Below are positions 61,601 to 64,000 of a DNA stretch of 64,000 nucleotides, piece after piece. The DNA lies in NCBI GenBank assembly GCA_002269645.1, contig NIVC01000184.1, positions 645,173-709,172 on the forward strand. Reading direction: 5' to 3'. How positions within the stretch are numbered: the stretch's first letter is position 1; the number at the start of each line of letters is the position of its first letter. The stretch comes from Macrostomum lignano (Eukaryota). Position numbers and translations under genes: made by a program. The notes below the pieces were generated by a model. It did not search any database, had not been told where the DNA came from, and worked only from the letters and a program-made list of their open reading frames with translations.

Positions 61601-64000
61601 CCCAGATCCTCAGTTGCTGGGCCAGCCTCCCAGATCCTCAGTTGCTGGGTCAGCCTCCCAGATCCTCAGTTGCTGGGTCAGCCTCCCAGATCCTCAGTAG
61701 CTGGGCCAGCCTCCCAGATCCTCAGTTGCTGGGCCAGCCTCCCAGAGTGTCAGTAGCTGGGTCAGCCTCCCAGATCCTCAGTTGCTTGGTCAGCTTTAAC
61801 CTCTTAGATCCTCAGTTGCTGGGGCGTCTGAAGAACGCTTAATCACCCTTAATCTCCCCTTCACTTCCAGGTGCGACATTGTGCGCAAATTCTCGGAGAC
61901 CCGGTGCGCCAGCGCCCTGCCACTGGCCGAGTCCGTCTATCGCGAGGGCCTGCCAGCCCACTACAGCCATCGGGTGCACACCGAGCGCATTCGCAAGGCC
62001 CAGCAGGTGTTCCTAGACAATGCCCGAGGCCCGGCAGCCGATAAATACCTGGCTGAATTGGAGGCTCGCTGCAACAGCGTCTGGCTGTCCGGCCGGCAGA
62101 TGTGCGAAGCCCTGAGCGTCACCTCGCATCCGTGCGTTAACGAGCGCGCACAGCCTGCCCGGCACCTCGGCTGATCAGCAGCAGCAGCTGCCGGCGATGC
62201 CGCATTCGTCAGCTTACACATCGATGCGGGCCGCCTGCTCGTGCGGCCGACTGTTGGAAAGCCGACCAGATCCTTTCAACTGGGAGGAGGCCAATGTGCA
62301 CTTTTATAGCCGTCTGATTGACAGCTGCTGCGGCCAGCACCAGCCTGTGCCTCTGCCAGTCTATCAGCGGAGAGGCTCCGAGGATAAAAGTGTGTATATT
62401 GTATCGACCTAGCTCACATTAAAGCTCTAATTGTAATCACTGTTAGCTTTGTCTAAAGCATGAATCTCACCCACTAGATGCTTAATCTCCCTCGTTATTT
62501 AGGCATTAAATCTCACCTTACTAGACACCTAATCTCACCCCATCAGACGTCTAATCTCACCCCATCAGACGTCTAATCTCACCCCATTAGAAATCTAATA
62601 TCATCCCATCAGACATCTAATCTCACCCCATGGAAAATCTAATCTCACCCATCAGAAATCTATTCTCACCCCATCAGACACCAAATATTAAATCATCAGA
62701 CAGCTAATCTTACCCACAAACCCTCAGCCACACCCACCATAAACCCGCAGCCACACCCACCATAAACCCGCAGCCACACCCACCATAAAACTGCAGCCAC
62801 ACCCACCATAAACCAGCCACACCCACCATAAACCCCAGCCACACCCACCATAAACCGCAGCCACATCCACCATAAACCCCCAGCCACACCCACCATAAAC
62901 CCCAGCCACACCCACCATAAGCCCCCAGCCACACCCACATAAACCAGCCACACCCACCATAAACCCCCAGCCACACCCACCATAAACCCGCAGCCACACC
63001 CACCATAAACCCGCAGCCACACCCACCATAAACCTGCAGCCACACCCACCATAAACCCGCAGCCACACCCACCATAAACCCCCAGCACACCCACCATAAA
63101 CCCCAGCCACACCCACATAAACTCCCAGCCACACCCACCATAAGCCCCAGCCACCCACCATAAACCCCCAGCCACATCCACCATAAACCCCCAGCCACGC
63201 CCACCATAAACCCCCAGCCACGCCCACCATAAACCCGCAGCCCAGCCACAGTACACGGAGGAGCTGTCGAACAGTGGCGACCTGCTGCCGCGCTGCGCAG
63301 TCCAGAGTTGGACGATGTCGAGCTGGACCAGCCGTCAGCCACATTGCCTAGCAGGACTCCCCTAGCATTAGCCGTCGAGCACAGCAACTACGATGAAGAT
63401 GAGCAATTATTATTAGAAGAAGAAGCAGATCTAAAGCGGAAACAACGGCAATGCTTGAAGCTTGAATCGCCTAAAGAGACTGGGCTATCAGCATCGAATA
63501 ACACTGAGGTGTCAATCCGGCAATTAAAAGGAATGATGACCGAGGACCTGATCGGCCGCTATCTGCCGTTGGTCAAAGCTGGTGGCCTGCTGTCTGTTGG
63601 CCGCTACAACAGCTACAGCCACGCTAACGGTATTGGACAGCCGGGCTTCTCTAGCGGCTCTAATCACCTGCTGCCCTGGAATGTACCTGTAGCCAGTAAA
63701 CTGTGGCAACAGCAACAGCAGCAACAACAGCAATCATCTCAATATCGAAGCACTCGACGCGAGCCAACAGCCAAAGCTTGGTTCGGCTTCGAGCACGAGT
63801 GCCCGTTTGGGCACCGATTTTTTGTATCGAGTCCCGGCCAGATGATGCGCGGCGCGATGCAAGCTACAGGTTAAGGAGGGAGTTCAACGCTGCTTAGCGA
63901 AGATCTGCCGCTATTTATACCGTGTCATTGTCACAAAATCCAAAGGCGCATTTGCTCAGCTAATGCGAGTCTGGGTGGCTGCGCCTCAAGCTCCAGTCCG
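58643..64000 (+). CDS. SMG8: Nonsense-mediated decay factor SMG8, partial at the window edge; reading frame interrupted as assembled (sequence errors or pseudogene)
   Basis: Exons ~58643-59175, 59858-60096, 61004-61401, 61871-62389 and 63252->64000. SMG8-like motifs: IRVVAFVG, LLYLFSVSHVVV, DWTLNGR..P.VLFHFQL, LQCQIYQIFRR, KFSETRC..ALP.A..VY..GLP.HY, W.SGRQMCE..S.T.HPC, PHSS..ACSCGR...DPF..ANVHFY, GFEHECP.GHRF, DLPLF, AQLMRV. Several indels and a TAA at 63872 break the frame. Confidence 0.85.
59190..59790. repeat. ~52-bp minisatellite, SMG8 intron 1
   Basis: CTTCCGGTTCAGTGGGATCGATGGGAT.. with period 52 (59194 and 59246). Confidence 0.95.
60170..60960. repeat. 16-bp minisatellite (AATTAGAACCCACCCC), SMG8 intron 2
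   Basis: Tandem units visible. Confidence 0.95.
61465..61795. repeat. 28-bp minisatellite (GCTGGGTCAGCCTCCCAGATCCTCAGTT), SMG8 intron 3
   Basis: Same family as 46255-46712. Confidence 0.95.
62500..63250. repeat. Two adjacent arrays in SMG8 intron 4: ~22-bp ATCTCACCCCATCAGACATCTA (62500-62700) and ~23-bp CACACCCACCATAAACCCGCAGC (62715-63250)
   Basis: Tandem units visible. Confidence 0.9.

Noticed and set aside
6860-63250. Regularly spaced 16-58-bp repeats as CRISPR arrays
   Set aside because: Units are head-to-tail without unique spacers, lie in spliceosomal introns, and there are no cas genes.
56241-63387. ORFs at 56241-56686, 57151-57789, 59102-59828, 61402-61842 and 62696-63387
   Set aside because: All are periodic translations of minisatellites.
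58643-64000. Programmed frameshifting or stop readthrough as the explanation for the SMG8 breaks (and for the lectin stops at 932/938)
   Set aside because: Too many lesions in mixed directions, with no slippery heptamer, pseudoknot or SECIS evident; error or decay is more parsimonious.

Overview
Eukaryotic (animal) genomic DNA with GT-AG introns, GC-rich exons and introns filled with tandem repeats. This architecture resembles a free-living flatworm such as Macrostomum (inference only). Genes reconstructed exon by exon with matching splice phases: on the minus strand, NDUFB11 (2 exons), WDR45/WIPI4 (5 exons found, first exon not located), DDX42 (6 exons, 787 aa) and an AIG1/GIMAP GTPase (2 exons found). 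On the plus strand, BRPF1/peregrin (8 exons, about 1087 aa) and SMG8 (runs off the window end and carries several frameshifts and an in-frame stop). A complete 4-exon DEG/ENaC channel gene lies antisense inside the last BRPF1 intron and has RG in place of the conserved HG gating motif. The left end holds a disabled PAN + C-type lectin gene, an RTE-like LINE fragment split by a solo-LTR-like insert, an intronless 253-aa orphan ORF, and a decayed THAP/P-element. hAT MITEs with exact 8-bp TSDs, a tRNA-derived SINE pair and about 30 minisatellite or low-complexity arrays are also present. Nearly every intron in the GC-rich domains carries its own distinct array. No CRISPR array, rRNA or intact tRNA was found. 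All family assignments come from motif recognition by eye; no database search was run.
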